Part shown: one piece after another, positions 48,601-55,946 of the stretch
Layout: the number at the start of each line of letters is the position of its first letter
How positions within the stretch are numbered: the stretch's first letter is position 1
NCBI GenBank assembly: GCA_025061805.1
Contig: JANWZV010000001.1
Location: forward strand, 1 to 58,497
Direction: 5' to 3'
DNA length: 58,497 bases
Origin: Candidatus Dojkabacteria bacterium
Lineage (GTDB): Bacteria > Patescibacteriota > Dojkabacteria > J137
Notes under the pieces: model-generated
Databases searched by the model: none
What the model was told of the DNA's origin: nothing
What the model saw: only the letters and a program-made list of their open reading frames with translations
Translations under genes and position numbers: made by a program

Positions 48601-50694
48601 AATAAAAGAATAAACTTTTCGTTTGTTCCTCAGAATGGAGAAAAAATAGAAGTTCTTATATTCAATTGGGCGGGCACTGCCAAGAAAATAGCACAATATT
48701 CTAATTTCGGAACTACTAGTTCTAAATCTTTCGTTTATCCATCTGTGATATCGAATGTTTTATCTTATGTTACACTAAACGGCAATTTATTGAGTAATGT
48801 TTCTTCTTCTGTGTCGTCTGTAGTCAATAATACCACATCATGGAATGTTAATTTGAATGCAACTTATACTGGTTTGATAGATATCAATTCGTTCGATATT
48901 TCCAATGGTGAACAGGTTTATTTAATGAGAAGGGACGTTTTTATTGCCAATGGCGGCGTTCAGGCATTCAATATTTCACAAAACATAAACTTAAATGGAA
49001 ATTATTCTCAACTTTTCGTTTTCAAGAACGGAAAGAAAATAAGCGGCCCTATAATGAATTTTGGTATAGGCGATGGCATAAATGATGTTTTTCCGCTTTC
49101 TTATCCGGTTATAAATCCATCGGATGTCACTGTTTTCGTGGATAATGTTCTTATGGTACAAGGCGTAGATTATGAAGTTGGCAATATACCTCCCCCGCCA
49201 CCGCCAACAAATAAAACCGCAATTCAATTTTATCCCGGATCCATTCCTTCTCCGGGACAATTGGTTAAAATCATAACCAACAAGAACTATCATTATCAAT
49301 TCTTCTCTCCGAATCAAATAATTTTCAATGATCCTAATAATTTACTACTTCCGGGCGATGAAATCGTTGTATACTCTATTTCTAATTACGGGGATTCTAG
49401 TATCAAAAAAGAATCTTTTATCGGACAGAATCCTGCCATTTATCCTTTGTTCCAAACACCAATCACACCGAATCATGTAAATGTTTATGTGAATGGAAAA
49501 GAAAAAATATTAGGTTCTGATTATCTTTTGAATAATGATGGATTAGGGTGGGATTTGTTCTTTTGGGATCTTTTCTATACTTGGGATAATTCTCAATACA
49601 ACATACTGATTTTCAAGGATTTACATGTAGAATCAATAAATTTCACAGGCGATGGCGTAACTACGAATTTCTCCTTATCTTCTTTTGTTGATTTTCCTGT
49701 AGAAAGCATAGATGATTATTTGACCGTATATGTCAATGGTATTCTTCAAGAAAATAGTGTCGATTATAATATTGTTTTCATATCTCCGAACTTTTTTGTT
49801 TCTTTCTTAACTCCACCACCAAATAATTCTGTCATAACCATAAATTCTCATGCAAAAGTGGAAGCAATAACGTGGAATGATAGAATAGCAAAAGAGCCGA
49901 TATATTTCTTATGTTTTTCTGAAACAAGCAATAAAGAAAAAAATCCAAAAGATTGGGTATATTATAGGATAGATGAAGATCAAAGAATGAATCTTAGAGT
50001 CAGTTTGTTGCCCAATAATAATATTATTCTTATAAACGGAAATAAAAATATACCCATTCAATGGAGAGATAATAATGTTATAGATCAAGGATATTCATTA
50101 GATACATTTGGTAATAAAAAATATAATCCAGGTTTGATTTTAGTAGGAGAAGAATTGATTTCTTACGAAAAATTCGATTATGATACTATAAACGATGTTT
50201 ATATTTTAGAAGATCTTGTAAGATCAAAATATCAAACAGCTTTTGGCATAGAATATAAGACCATATCTGCTTCATATGCCGGAAACGGAAATCAAACGAT
50301 TTTTGCGACTCCTTCGTCAAGCTTTTTCAAGGTTTTCGTTGAGATTATAGAATTCGAATATGATTCATATGCAAATGATTTTAAACCCAAGAAAATAAAA
50401 ACTCTTAGGGAAAATATCGATTACACTGTCGCGACAAATACCATTATATTCACCAATCCACCACCTCTGCCTCAATCTGTTTCTTATCCTGTCAATATAA
50501 TAGTGACTTGTTTGATATATGATTGGACCAATTATAATTCTAGTCATTTGGGCGGAACAGAAGTCATTGCGCTACCAGAAAAATCAAGATTTAAAGAACA
50601 ATTTACGATAAATTGGGCAGATAATAAAGGACTACAATATAATGATACTTCTTTGACGAAGTTCTTGTTAGAGAATAAGGTTTTTATCATTTAA
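36700..50694 (+). CDS. Giant (4664 aa) virion structural protein, baseplate/wedge-like
   Basis: PIDIDKF.NF..Y.W, NPWSRTNRWFH, YYDTDRPH..PWEMLGF, EAKPYH.KI motifs; repeated G.GY beta modules and VFVNG..Q...DY modules; CBM5/12-like segment. Confidence 0.8.
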   Translation: MSEENKKVINLLPSTYKTRFLENLFTNSFDNLFDKGNSEFLDGFIGKITSYYEKNSQNYIKEKDINRTIYQFEPIVISKNGNNENFSLFYECFLNSIKLNGGFIENQNRLFENYYYSWCPPIDIDKFMNFKEYFWLKDGPTFRYAGYKIHEYVSNGTDTIYNFDLPYINQNEIIVTVDDVLQNLGVDYVIQNRSVVFNTSPPVDSKIKIISYKIIGYEIYVSDGVNKKYKVPLICKKKEDIIVFINNILTTSGFSIVEENGEFYVIFDNPVIVGSNIEIIVYKILNVLEDILGRKHIKDINGYYYSSNMKIVFSYNVFPSVYNSGEWIIEGVGREIRLAFDGTGSSLTSGWDLFLWDSIAWDNDLFVNFYPLSALIKSDIPEYETIERTSLNNNPWSRTNRWFHYDVLTPEDRKKAIQAKRPIIEFERDLELYNYGRYFRGFVDLVINDMKDPINSFLNALNVNKINPYCISAISINSPGSGYTNLGGNGEVVCNVVGGTGTAAQVKVTLTSGQVTAVQLVTKGEYTTIPVGPVTVDTLVGGSGASFNVEYNEINTSFFIKSLVWPNSYLGESEIFYGNIKIKDGMRILVLNSNTSDKNKVFKVSGIAGLGSPNLLLETDGILTNGDPFEGEILYVKDGIFKENEFYFDGISWNISQIKNFGNPPLFQLYDADPINNYGVKLNDSVRYPNSDFNGNKIFSYAEGEGKKDKVLNKKLKYDKNGEIVFVFNLVTDRYQYSDGEIKGFYFYNKLGKTKEKDEFYNSWHRKNKKSKQNYYNRLISDVDGIKIFEVNWKINKIEEIYINGKKVNYTYLIDTNKTIINLQNLLEKNDIIEIISVYDEDSRNGNFEIPQNLSKNPNFEEVTFLSKTNYGIHFNENIQENLSTVKFVNPGQYYSKNKYRDSEKNWSFGEQIIQNEESILKASLIFSKSELNIFDSIDYLSREYNRFFNKFIQKLNYFYTENILNQLDPPGKWVEEILKELNKNKTNDFPFYRSLFGDINNFIPPSLSYLGILQTYYPIKFIDTSLQEPLEFILCHDGSLIKSFGDFRDDVILELEIFLYNSIESKFKNENLFEFSIFDVLPGKWRKTDYNMNEINSILSRYFEIWCLQNNISYRNNVTYSADNYWSFNFRNAKSTLGDVLNGSWRAIYHYYYDTDRPHLFPWEMLGFSEKPGWWDSEYGPPPYTSLNLKLWEDLRDGRIRNGPRKGIDKRFARPELLKILPVDELGNLLNPFEAKIFDNSVLSNDFSEDWKFGDYGPVENAWRRTKFYRFDLLKLLLLTKPLKSVELFWDTKNIKRIYNDKEKTNQLVNILYKSRPKHELYQVFGERNDVLGLQNIITHYLEKDSKDIKTFYGDFIRNLNVKLGYRFGSFINSEFLSVFSETYGFLPKEDINVFLYESIPFKETFYSGILVRNLGNNIFQVFGYDVLDPNFKIIKGSSSGRKKDISIFLNNNILPKKWNPNTEYNVGDYVYYENDAYKAIKAHKSSKNFEDDLNKWKLHSDTVENIFFVVNKKLDVEKEQITKFGYGSIIFGIQDLVDFIFDYERYLLREGWIFDEYVFNEETGEGVIFDFEYSVKELLKWIISEPPVNSIFAISPFSKKARFKTDFGYIKSINDYLKSRYSILNRDGSIVNTENFIIFRLNDFFEIEAKELSEVNNIYGLRLLLNSFEHAFYVNNKTIFGDIIFDPLYNQRQNRLKISTFRTKNWNGRVTSPGFIITENTIKPNFDKSADNFRRFFDLNNQVEDKKLRDYANHNIAYQSRSYLRNLILSDTSQIDFYRGLIRQKGSSNSITKILRSNYISNFANFKFYENWAFRIGEFGNYDEKNKIEISYPVSLKKSDVQYFKFDIINKDTWKTLIDISTGDYDIEIYGEKLKKLDLDSKNDDIIYVYDFKSKKYKVQNDSLIQPIIINGGSNFEPNKNFLVIYDTKYADKTAKFLLSSNSSGQISSVVLYEEGEYKSVDTIGFFDITENELKGENWPNQGRDFVLRIKFIETNDEFISVKNKLWKIRQEEDYPFYEDYESSYKSVDNVDFRFIPNAGFVLENETNYSDFYINDILKPIDFENLETFTPDLLNNVPVFRPDETLWIYSSPGSNSYFNENYLGDWTVARVVDQNFKIHAYLESDPSFNCPLVVNSIPNDYVQYIGNGSNTTFLIPFIFYKNSDLVVLINGKILDNTNYNIVGNNIIFNTAPTNNARIEISRKGLWIYQTDGRFKGWTQVFYSGKFNFNRFVSIGEELKKDVNIADYVIVASGIECFRFGSLGQNYVPGDILTLSGGTLAPGGNPATFRVNNVYTTYVSSVSVLSGGSGYPPNQTFNNVRLIGGQGAEALVNVTTDAFGSVSTVSISGNNYGSYQVNPLGNICTLDLTPGSGAQILVTMQAYTYANTITLVNGGTGYSIDDVLEIVESSSYSLEQIRIAVTEVDQFGSITKFQIVSRGQFIPSTFLPQPLSTNVVAPPFSNGSGATFNVTYGNNPHVLRDIDIIFPGNYISVSTSVPYALTGGSGTGASVFVEIKEEGFLIGYEEKVKPGDWLVFISRKWQRTVPNLTDYIVIKASNLELEFFDPNILSNLVPIDFYTLREIKFDTYNDVLTNYVLPNNNSKAFVLNLNSFLNNNLNLWGVLRYNGTNWLLDRAQNKRVRHDRYISGFIYDKNQNIVISDVEYYDPYNGRLLSDIRENVDIFSDEDPAIYGQERNSWLYDKVGTIWWNLKEYRILDYEQSDSSYRRKNWGKPVKNSKIEVYEWIRSDLKPTEFKNRLESFTERDLFPGEPVFEDKFNESFEFDPIFNRSIKYYYFWVRKRQIVNDKKKLSIKQISDLINNPNISLKPWFAGISKDGMIIYEPGNVLSDDTIFQIIYTKNEKTKDYNNHTQWVLVPEKSDTFDIPKRLLNKLRDSLCGFDDYGEKKELFETKRKILDNVTILNSGSGYNNGNFIATVSGGTFIVPATLSVTVSGGQVVSCSILNPGLYLVPPPSPVSVTGIPGGSGALFNVLFLELNNQYDIWIPKLVPDENLSDVEKYGNLIRPRQTWFKNVCKARKEYVEVINYILGKLNLYKDRPNWDLGINQSEPYPFDINNPLPNQKVVSDSFDLYNKIITNQIVLNDIILMLGNQNTKGFWTLWKYEQSGLKLLDYQKYNTVDFYEIIDWYSPEVDKNNVPIIIYQDNLERDSKTDTSLLNKIVKVENDGSNKWAWYKLKINELNNFYWELVAREKSTIKLSSKFYENCGNIFGLFFNKNYNSFIYGLNWDEFDWDTFEWDPIKINVQNSMIGFGKEVDKRSGILELRILFEYLNNNVLDLSEINLMFFTMVRFAHTEHSYIDWAFKTSLVDVVGFNQELKQDAIIYFDISKSFLDFFDEAKPYHVKIKDFIKSFSFVDIANFYVTDFDKPVFFDIETKEYRVLSVFDPNDIKIFESPKNPGLFFNFLFLNLFLNNPRQSQSFIVSNVNQIVFTLPLDIIDASLVEVKVNNILKTINVDFYVSQNNIIFLYPLSIGDVVDVIERQIPKGLQGLVTSKNIWNDWYSNYLDNPELIRTLKIKILFDRLSCIDSNTQFFWDEFDWDTIVWDNAQTLVNPNITDTVFINLSNGVQIYDLSSIVQIDQILWHPYNFSEIYYIHNNNESLLQDDDYQLFYLDLYNFTGNGTNTTFSVNTKQNITPPVIQVFVNGVLQNYVTDYVLVGKNVVFNVPPPNNSIILVKILPRIILNFSPSTGSSLKIKRTLESMERILKYYINKEGKKSKIEKRLIPRCDFYGTVIEGEGFVKSFDWDMFDWDIPGSWDVSTISTLYFNDLILSGGQFYDSYDFTGDGSTLLFSLNPPPSVLPNTNTNSIVFINGVLQQPNIDYSFFGNSIVFTLPPPNNSEIKVIIAPFLPANTNIWDIVVDGYEFVSPLYGPNQPEERVKIKPRSPVIMKTFTEYSFGDFPIEIIRLEGNASSNFVEFKTYPQSIESIMVFYNENLILPPLWNLDYLNKRINFSFVPQNGEKIEVLIFNWAGTAKKIAQYSNFGTTSSKSFVYPSVISNVLSYVTLNGNLLSNVSSSVSSVVNNTTSWNVNLNATYTGLIDINSFDISNGEQVYLMRRDVFIANGGVQAFNISQNINLNGNYSQLFVFKNGKKISGPIMNFGIGDGINDVFPLSYPVINPSDVTVFVDNVLMVQGVDYEVGNIPPPPPPTNKTAIQFYPGSIPSPGQLVKIITNKNYHYQFFSPNQIIFNDPNNLLLPGDEIVVYSISNYGDSSIKKESFIGQNPAIYPLFQTPITPNHVNVYVNGKEKILGSDYLLNNDGLGWDLFFWDLFYTWDNSQYNILIFKDLHVESINFTGDGVTTNFSLSSFVDFPVESIDDYLTVYVNGILQENSVDYNIVFISPNFFVSFLTPPPNNSVITINSHAKVEAITWNDRIAKEPIYFLCFSETSNKEKNPKDWVYYRIDEDQRMNLRVSLLPNNNIILINGNKNIPIQWRDNNVIDQGYSLDTFGNKKYNPGLILVGEELISYEKFDYDTINDVYILEDLVRSKYQTAFGIEYKTISASYAGNGNQTIFATPSSSFFKVFVEIIEFEYDSYANDFKPKKIKTLRENIDYTVATNTIIFTNPPPLPQSVSYPVNIIVTCLIYDWTNYNSSHLGGTEVIALPEKSRFKEQFTINWADNKGLQYNDTSLTKFLLENKVFII

Positions 50695-51234
50695 GTAATT
50701 TAAAAAACTAGTTTTAAATTTCATGAATCTTTGATTGAAAATTTTATATTTTTTATTCCAATGATTCGAGTCATAATAATAAGATAAATTTTTATAATTG
50801 TATTCTCCCAATAATTTTTCCAGGCATAGTTCTTTTTCAAAAGATTTTATAAACCATGCGCTTATGTTACAGGATTTGACATCTAAATAAAAAACAGAAC
50901 AGGAATTTTCTATGAATTTTTTTATATTTTTTGTATTTTTTAGATTTTCTTCGAAAAATTCCATAGAAGTCAATAAACCATCTTCTAATTCTTGGGTATT
51001 TCTGTAGTATTCTAGAAAATTCAGCAAAAAGTTTTTGTTTTTCCAGTTATTGAACAATATTTTTTTGGATTTCATGTACTTCAGATAATTTTTTATTGTA
51101 TAAAAGGAATTTATGTTGTTTTCTATGAAAAACAAAGATAAAGAATTTATGTCTTTTATATATTTTTCTTTTTCGTTTTCTTTAAGATATAAGATGTTTT
51201 CTATCCAATAACTTATTTTTTCTATTTTTTTCAT
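50668..51234 (-). CDS. Hypothetical protein
   Basis: 188-aa ORF translationally coupled (ATGA overlap) to the upstream gp62-like gene. Confidence 0.65.
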   Translation of the reverse strand: MKKIEKISYWIENILYLKENEKEKYIKDINSLSLFFIENNINSFYTIKNYLKYMKSKKILFNNWKNKNFLLNFLEYYRNTQELEDGLLTSMEFFEENLKNTKNIKKFIENSCSVFYLDVKSCNISAWFIKSFEKELCLEKLLGEYNYKNLSYYYDSNHWNKKYKIFNQRFMKFKTSFLNYLNDKNLIL

Positions 51235-51857
51235 ATTGAATTGTTTTTTCTCAATTCTTCAATTTCTTGTATTATCATTTTTTGTATATTTTTATCATTT
51301 ATTCCGAAAAATTCAAACAATTCATAATCTTCGTGTTTAGAAAGAAAAGTTTTCAAAAACAAGAGTAATTCTTCTTTAGAAGATAAGATTTTCGATTCTT
51401 TCAATAATGTCAATATTTTTAATTCTTTTTCTTTTTTATTGAAATTTATCCATCTTTTGTATGTTTTATTTTTTGGACATAGACAAATCATTAAGCTGAA
51501 TACAATATCTCTAAAATCTTCTTCTGAAGTTCTTGTACTTAATATTATGTTTTTATTGATCATATCATTTAGTAAAATTAAATTACGTATGTATTTTTTG
51601 TTTTCTAGGTTTGTTGGATTTGATAACCATTTTTGCAAAACTATTAATATTTCTAAAATATTTTCTTTTTTTTCTTCATCTATGGTATCAAGATAATATA
51701 TATCTTTTTTTGTTCTCATTATTTCGAACAATTCCCATATGTTCGTTTCATATTTTTTATTTTCGTCATTAGTTTCTTCAATATTGGATATTTTTTCAAA
51801 ATTTTTTTCTTTATCGTTGAATTTGAAAAATTCTTCGTTATTTTCTAATGTTTTCAT
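51231..51857 (-). CDS. Probable clamp loader small subunit (T4 gp62-like)
   Basis: K...Y.D...EE.K....L.KWLS......LN..INK.......L......Y.RWI pattern resembles gp62; divergent. Confidence 0.5.
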   Translation of the reverse strand: MKTLENNEEFFKFNDKEKNFEKISNIEETNDENKKYETNIWELFEIMRTKKDIYYLDTIDEEKKENILEILIVLQKWLSNPTNLENKKYIRNLILLNDMINKNIILSTRTSEEDFRDIVFSLMICLCPKNKTYKRWINFNKKEKELKILTLLKESKILSSKEELLLFLKTFLSKHEDYELFEFFGINDKNIQKMIIQEIEELRKNNSI

Positions 51858-51861
51858 GTTT

Positions 51862-52156
51862 CGTGCTTATTATTTTCAGTCGTAAGACGCAACATGAACA
51901 ACGTTCGGAAGTGACCCATCGTGACGCTGAACTGCTTGCCGCATGCGCGGCAGCGCCAGAATTCGATGGGTTCTTTGACCGATGTGGCGTTGTCCATAGA
52001 TCCGCAACGGTAGCAAGCGGAGCCGATGCGGCCAGCACACCGATTCCAGGTGCGAGCGGCAGGCGTTGTTGGTGCTGAATTTTCGTAATAAGGCACGCAG
52101 CTTCATGGCTCAATGTATACATATAGCCGATATTGTGATTAAAAGCAATATATACC
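51862..52156 (-). mobile_element. Non-autonomous IS1595-family remnant (MITE-like), copy 2
   Basis: Colinear homolog of 9295-9582 in the same orientation; MKLRALLRKFSTNNACRSHLESVCWPH, a frameshift, then CYRCGS...WRCRACGKQFSVTMG. Confidence 0.82.
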
Positions 52157-52218
52157 GATATTATTGAAAAAATTTTTTGTACATAAAATAAATAAAAGTA
52201 AATAGGAGGTATACTTAT

Positions 52219-53100
52219 ATGGGAAGACCATTATCTGATAAATTCTTTGGTATATTCGATAGAAAAGTAGGACCGCAAGTATATCTGGATTCAGTTTGGA
52301 TACCTGGAGAACCTGCTCCATCTGGTTCTGGTTATATCATTTCTCAATCAGGAACAAGAAAATACATTGCAAGAAGCACAAATACAGGAGCAGAAGGTGT
52401 TGTTAGATTGGTAAATTCTTCATTAACCGAAAGTGGCCAAGCACTTTTGACAGTTTATCCAAAACTTTCGACAACCGGCGTTGGATTTTCTCTTCTTCCT
52501 GGAAATACTTTCTGGGTAAATTTCGCAAAAGTAGTAAATAAAGGCTCCAATTACTCAGTTGGAGATGTTTTGACCGTGTCTGGTGGAACATTTACAACAC
52601 CGGCAACTTTGACAGTAACACAAGTTTCTTCTTTGGGAGAAATAGAAAATTTCAATTTGACAACACAAGGAGATTATACAGTTATACCGACAAATATAAA
52701 TGATAATCCAGTTACTGGCGGTTTAGGTTCAGGGGCGACTTTTAAATTAGATTTTGGTGTCAATTCAGTGAGCTTCAGTGGAGGTTCTGGATTTCCAAAT
52801 GGAACATCATCTTTCGTTGCAGTCGTGAGACAACAAAACGGGAAAGGTTTTGGTACAATACTTATGGGTGATGTTTCTGGTGGTACCGTAACTACTCTAT
52901 ATGTTGCTTCTTCTGGTCATGGATATACTTCAGATGCTCCATCTTCTTTGGAAGTCGTGAGTTTTTATTCGGTCGGGCCACAAGAATTTGTCAAAACATT
53001 GACTGCAAAAAAAGTAAAAACATTCAACAACAAAACTTATATTTGGAATCCGCTTGGATTGGCAAATTATCCAAATAGTTGTTTGCTTTTGACCAGATAA
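52219..53100 (+). CDS. Virion structural protein
   Basis: TAAATA then GGAGG; MGRPL..K.FG start; G/S/T-rich GS.Y.VGD.LT.SGGT modules shared with the giant protein. Confidence 0.7.
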   Translation: MGRPLSDKFFGIFDRKVGPQVYLDSVWIPGEPAPSGSGYIISQSGTRKYIARSTNTGAEGVVRLVNSSLTESGQALLTVYPKLSTTGVGFSLLPGNTFWVNFAKVVNKGSNYSVGDVLTVSGGTFTTPATLTVTQVSSLGEIENFNLTTQGDYTVIPTNINDNPVTGGLGSGATFKLDFGVNSVSFSGGSGFPNGTSSFVAVVRQQNGKGFGTILMGDVSGGTVTTLYVASSGHGYTSDAPSSLEVVSFYSVGPQEFVKTLTAKKVKTFNNKTYIWNPLGLANYPNSCLLLTR

Positions 53101-53109
53101 TCATATATC

Positions 53110-53886
53110 ATGTTCAGAATAACACCAGAAATACTTGCCAAGACTATTTTACTAGCTTCCTATGGTATAATTAAACCAACTTATAATAGTGTTTTACCTG
53201 ATTCTGTTAAAAGAAGAATGCAATATATAATGTCTAGACCGGAATTTCAAAGAGAATATTTTAATATGATTAATAGGTTGAAAAATTTACCTCAATCTGT
53301 TATCAACAATATAGGAAGAAGATTCATACTTATTTTGGAAGATAAAAACATAAAATTCAAAATCTCTAATAAGTTGAACGAATCGATTTTAATGAAAAAT
53401 AGAAATTATAAAAACTGTTTTGTTATACCTCCTTTTTTAAAAGATATGAAAAAAGATATAAATTTGTTATATGAATATTATACTAAAGAAAAAAGATTAT
53501 CTCATTATTTGGCTTTGAAAAAAATAACAGAAAGTTATTCTTTCGTTGATTTAAAAAAATATAAATTATTGGAAGATGTAAAAGAAAAAAATTTCATTAG
53601 AAATTTTAAAAATTTCCTTTTGTATTTCTATGAATCTAATCCTAATATAAAGTTTGTAAAATTGAGGAAATTATTAAGTATTTTCAATCAATCCAATAAT
53701 GTTAATTTGGAGGAATCTGATATTATTGAATTGTTAAAAAACAACGATTTCGGTTTTATAGAAAACTTTGATGAAGAAAAAGGAATAATAGAGTTTAAAA
53801 GAATAGATCCAAAGAAAATAAAGAAAAGTAAGAAAGATAAAGTAAAACTTTTATCCAGAAAATATATCAAAAATAATCTAAATTGA
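53110..53886 (+). CDS. Hypothetical protein
   Basis: 258-aa ORF following the structural gene. Confidence 0.65.
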   Translation: MFRITPEILAKTILLASYGIIKPTYNSVLPDSVKRRMQYIMSRPEFQREYFNMINRLKNLPQSVINNIGRRFILILEDKNIKFKISNKLNESILMKNRNYKNCFVIPPFLKDMKKDINLLYEYYTKEKRLSHYLALKKITESYSFVDLKKYKLLEDVKEKNFIRNFKNFLLYFYESNPNIKFVKLRKLLSIFNQSNNVNLEESDIIELLKNNDFGFIENFDEEKGIIEFKRIDPKKIKKSKKDKVKLLSRKYIKNNLN

Positions 53887-54358
53887 TTTTTGTGATACTG
53901 TTCTCGTTGTAGATTTTTTTTATTTCTTGTATTATCTTGTTTTGTTTATCAAGATAAAAAATTTTCTTTGTTTCCAATATTTCTATTTTTTCATTGGAAC
54001 AATCTATTTTGTTTTTTTCTAATTTTATCAATCTATTGTTGTTTATTATGTCATATAATATAGAACCATAATCTTTATTAATTTCTAATATTTTTGTTAT
54101 TATATTTTGTTTATTGTTTTTTTCTATGTTTTCGACGATTATCAAAGCAAGAAGCGGATGATATATATTTTTGAAAACAATGACATTTTTTTTATAGATA
54201 TTATATCTTTTGTAGTAATGATCGTTGATTGACAATATGATATAATTGTTTATTAAAAGTCTGTTTTTTTCTTTTTTTACAAAAGGTAAATTTTCTTTTA
54301 AGATGACTTCTTTGAAATTTTCAATTATTATTTTTTCTATTTTTTGAAATCCATTCAT
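53867..54358 (-). CDS. Hypothetical protein
   Basis: 163-aa ORF in a minus-strand operon. Confidence 0.6.
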   Translation of the reverse strand: MNGFQKIEKIIIENFKEVILKENLPFVKKEKNRLLINNYIILSINDHYYKRYNIYKKNVIVFKNIYHPLLALIIVENIEKNNKQNIITKILEINKDYGSILYDIINNNRLIKLEKNKIDCSNEKIEILETKKIFYLDKQNKIIQEIKKIYNENSITKINLDYF

Positions 54359-55013
54359 CCAGTTTTTTCTCCCACATTTCGTTATATATATAATAATTTT
54401 CTTCGTTTATTTCGAATATTTTCAAATCATAATCCCTGGAAACCATTATTATTAGTCCGTTTTTTATGTTTGTATTCAGTAATTTGTTGTGTGCATTTAT
54501 GTATGCGCAAACTTGTAAAAAATAATTTTTTATCATATCTTCGCTTTTTATTTTTTTTGATGATTTGAAATCTATAATTGTTTCTTTTCCTTTATATACA
54601 CCAACACAATCTATCGTTCCGGCATATTTTTTAGGAAAATATATAGTTTCTTCTAAACCCCATACTTCCTCCAGATTCTTTTCCAATATTTCATTTAAGA
54701 TTTTATTAGCCATATCATTGGATAGTTTATATATCAAATTCGTTTTATTATCATTTTTATAATCTTCTTTTTTTATATACTTTTCTATTTTTTCGTGTAT
54801 TAAAGAACCCAAATTCAACGATTCTTTTATAATTTGTTTTGCTTTTTCTTCTCCGACAGATTGTTTCCATTTTTTTAAATTTTCATTATTGTCGGTTTCT
54901 GATAAAATAGTTGTTACAGAAGGTAGTTTACCATCTTTTGTTAAATATATTCTTCTTTCACCTATGTTTGTTTTCATAAGAAAAGGGTATTGATATTTTT
55001 TTATTATTATCAT
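54321..55013 (-). CDS. PD-(D/E)XK exonuclease
   Basis: LPSVTTILS, WK..VG, G..IH, YAGTIDC, IIDFKSS, YFLQ..AY. Confidence 0.88.
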   Translation of the reverse strand: MIIIKKYQYPFLMKTNIGERRIYLTKDGKLPSVTTILSETDNNENLKKWKQSVGEEKAKQIIKESLNLGSLIHEKIEKYIKKEDYKNDNKTNLIYKLSNDMANKILNEILEKNLEEVWGLEETIYFPKKYAGTIDCVGVYKGKETIIDFKSSKKIKSEDMIKNYFLQVCAYINAHNKLLNTNIKNGLIIMVSRDYDLKIFEINEENYYIYNEMWEKKLDEWISKNRKNNN

Positions 55014-55945
55014 TTTATGATATTTTCAAACTTTTTTATAAAATTATCAATATTTTTTTCTGTTTTTACTTGAATATGGAAAGGGTGACTCAATTTATTC
55101 AATCCATAGTAGATATTATTTTTCTTAATTTCTATTCTCCAAGAATTTATTATGTGATAACAATAATGAAATTCTTCTTCTATGAATTCTTTGGTCAAAT
55201 GATACATTTTCCAGTTTGAATCATATGAAAAACAATTTAATTTCATCAATTTCACCACAGTACTCATGATATAATCCGTATCGGGTATATGCCTGCACAA
55301 ACTTTTGTATATTATTTTCTTCAATATTTCATAATTTATGAAAATTTGTTCACATAAATAGAAAAATTCTAGAACTTTTTTGCTTTTTTTGTTGAACCCA
55401 AATACTGCACTATATATATCTGGAAGGTCATTTTCCTCCCATAATTTTCTTCGGATTTTTTTATTATCATACTTTTCGTCCAGAAAAGTACATAAATTAG
55501 CCGTAAACCATAAATCAAATTTGTGTATATTATTCCAGTAATAGTCATCTAGTTTTTTTGTCCAAACTATGTCACTATCGGTTTTGATTGTATAGTCATA
55601 AGGTGTAAAACGATTTACAATATATTCAAAATAAAAATTTTTGTAATTATTATAAGTGATATTATTCGAAAAGAAAGAATCGAATTCTTCTTTTTTTATT
55701 TTTATTATTTTATCGAAATAGTTTTGATATTTTTTTGGTATTAGCTTTTCATCTTGTTCATATATTATTATTGATATTTTTTGTTTATTGAAAAAGTAAA
55801 AGGATAAAGATTGCAACAAGGCACACTTTAAGTATAAATTAAATTTATTATTTTTTTCATCTGATAATACGAAAGTAACTACTCCTTTACTTACCGCGTT
55901 GATATTTTCTTTTTCATCGTGAAAGAACTTGATTTCTTTCTGCAT
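55010..55945 (-). CDS. Glycosyltransferase-like protein (GT-A / GT8-like)
   Basis: TPYDYTIKTDSD (DxD), NDLPDIYSA..F.KS....FF, PDTD. Confidence 0.7.
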   Translation of the reverse strand: MQKEIKFFHDEKENINAVSKGVVTFVLSDEKNNKFNLYLKCALLQSLSFYFFNKQKISIIIYEQDEKLIPKKYQNYFDKIIKIKKEEFDSFFSNNITYNNYKNFYFEYIVNRFTPYDYTIKTDSDIVWTKKLDDYYWNNIHKFDLWFTANLCTFLDEKYDNKKIRRKLWEENDLPDIYSAVFGFNKKSKKVLEFFYLCEQIFINYEILKKIIYKSLCRHIPDTDYIMSTVVKLMKLNCFSYDSNWKMYHLTKEFIEEEFHYCYHIINSWRIEIKKNNIYYGLNKLSHPFHIQVKTEKNIDNFIKKFENIIK

Positions 55946-55946
55946 T

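Noticed and set aside
37493..50547. Many short antisense and out-of-frame ORFs inside the giant gene and other long CDSs
   Set aside because: Shadow ORFs with no motifs or translation signals
51838..52122. Four short overlapping ORFs here and one at 9369-9584
   Set aside because: They are reading frames of the decayed IS remnant, not independent genes
54321..55013. Cas4-like call for the exonuclease
   Set aside because: Lacks the four Fe-S cysteines of Cas4; an ordinary phage PD-(D/E)XK exonuclease
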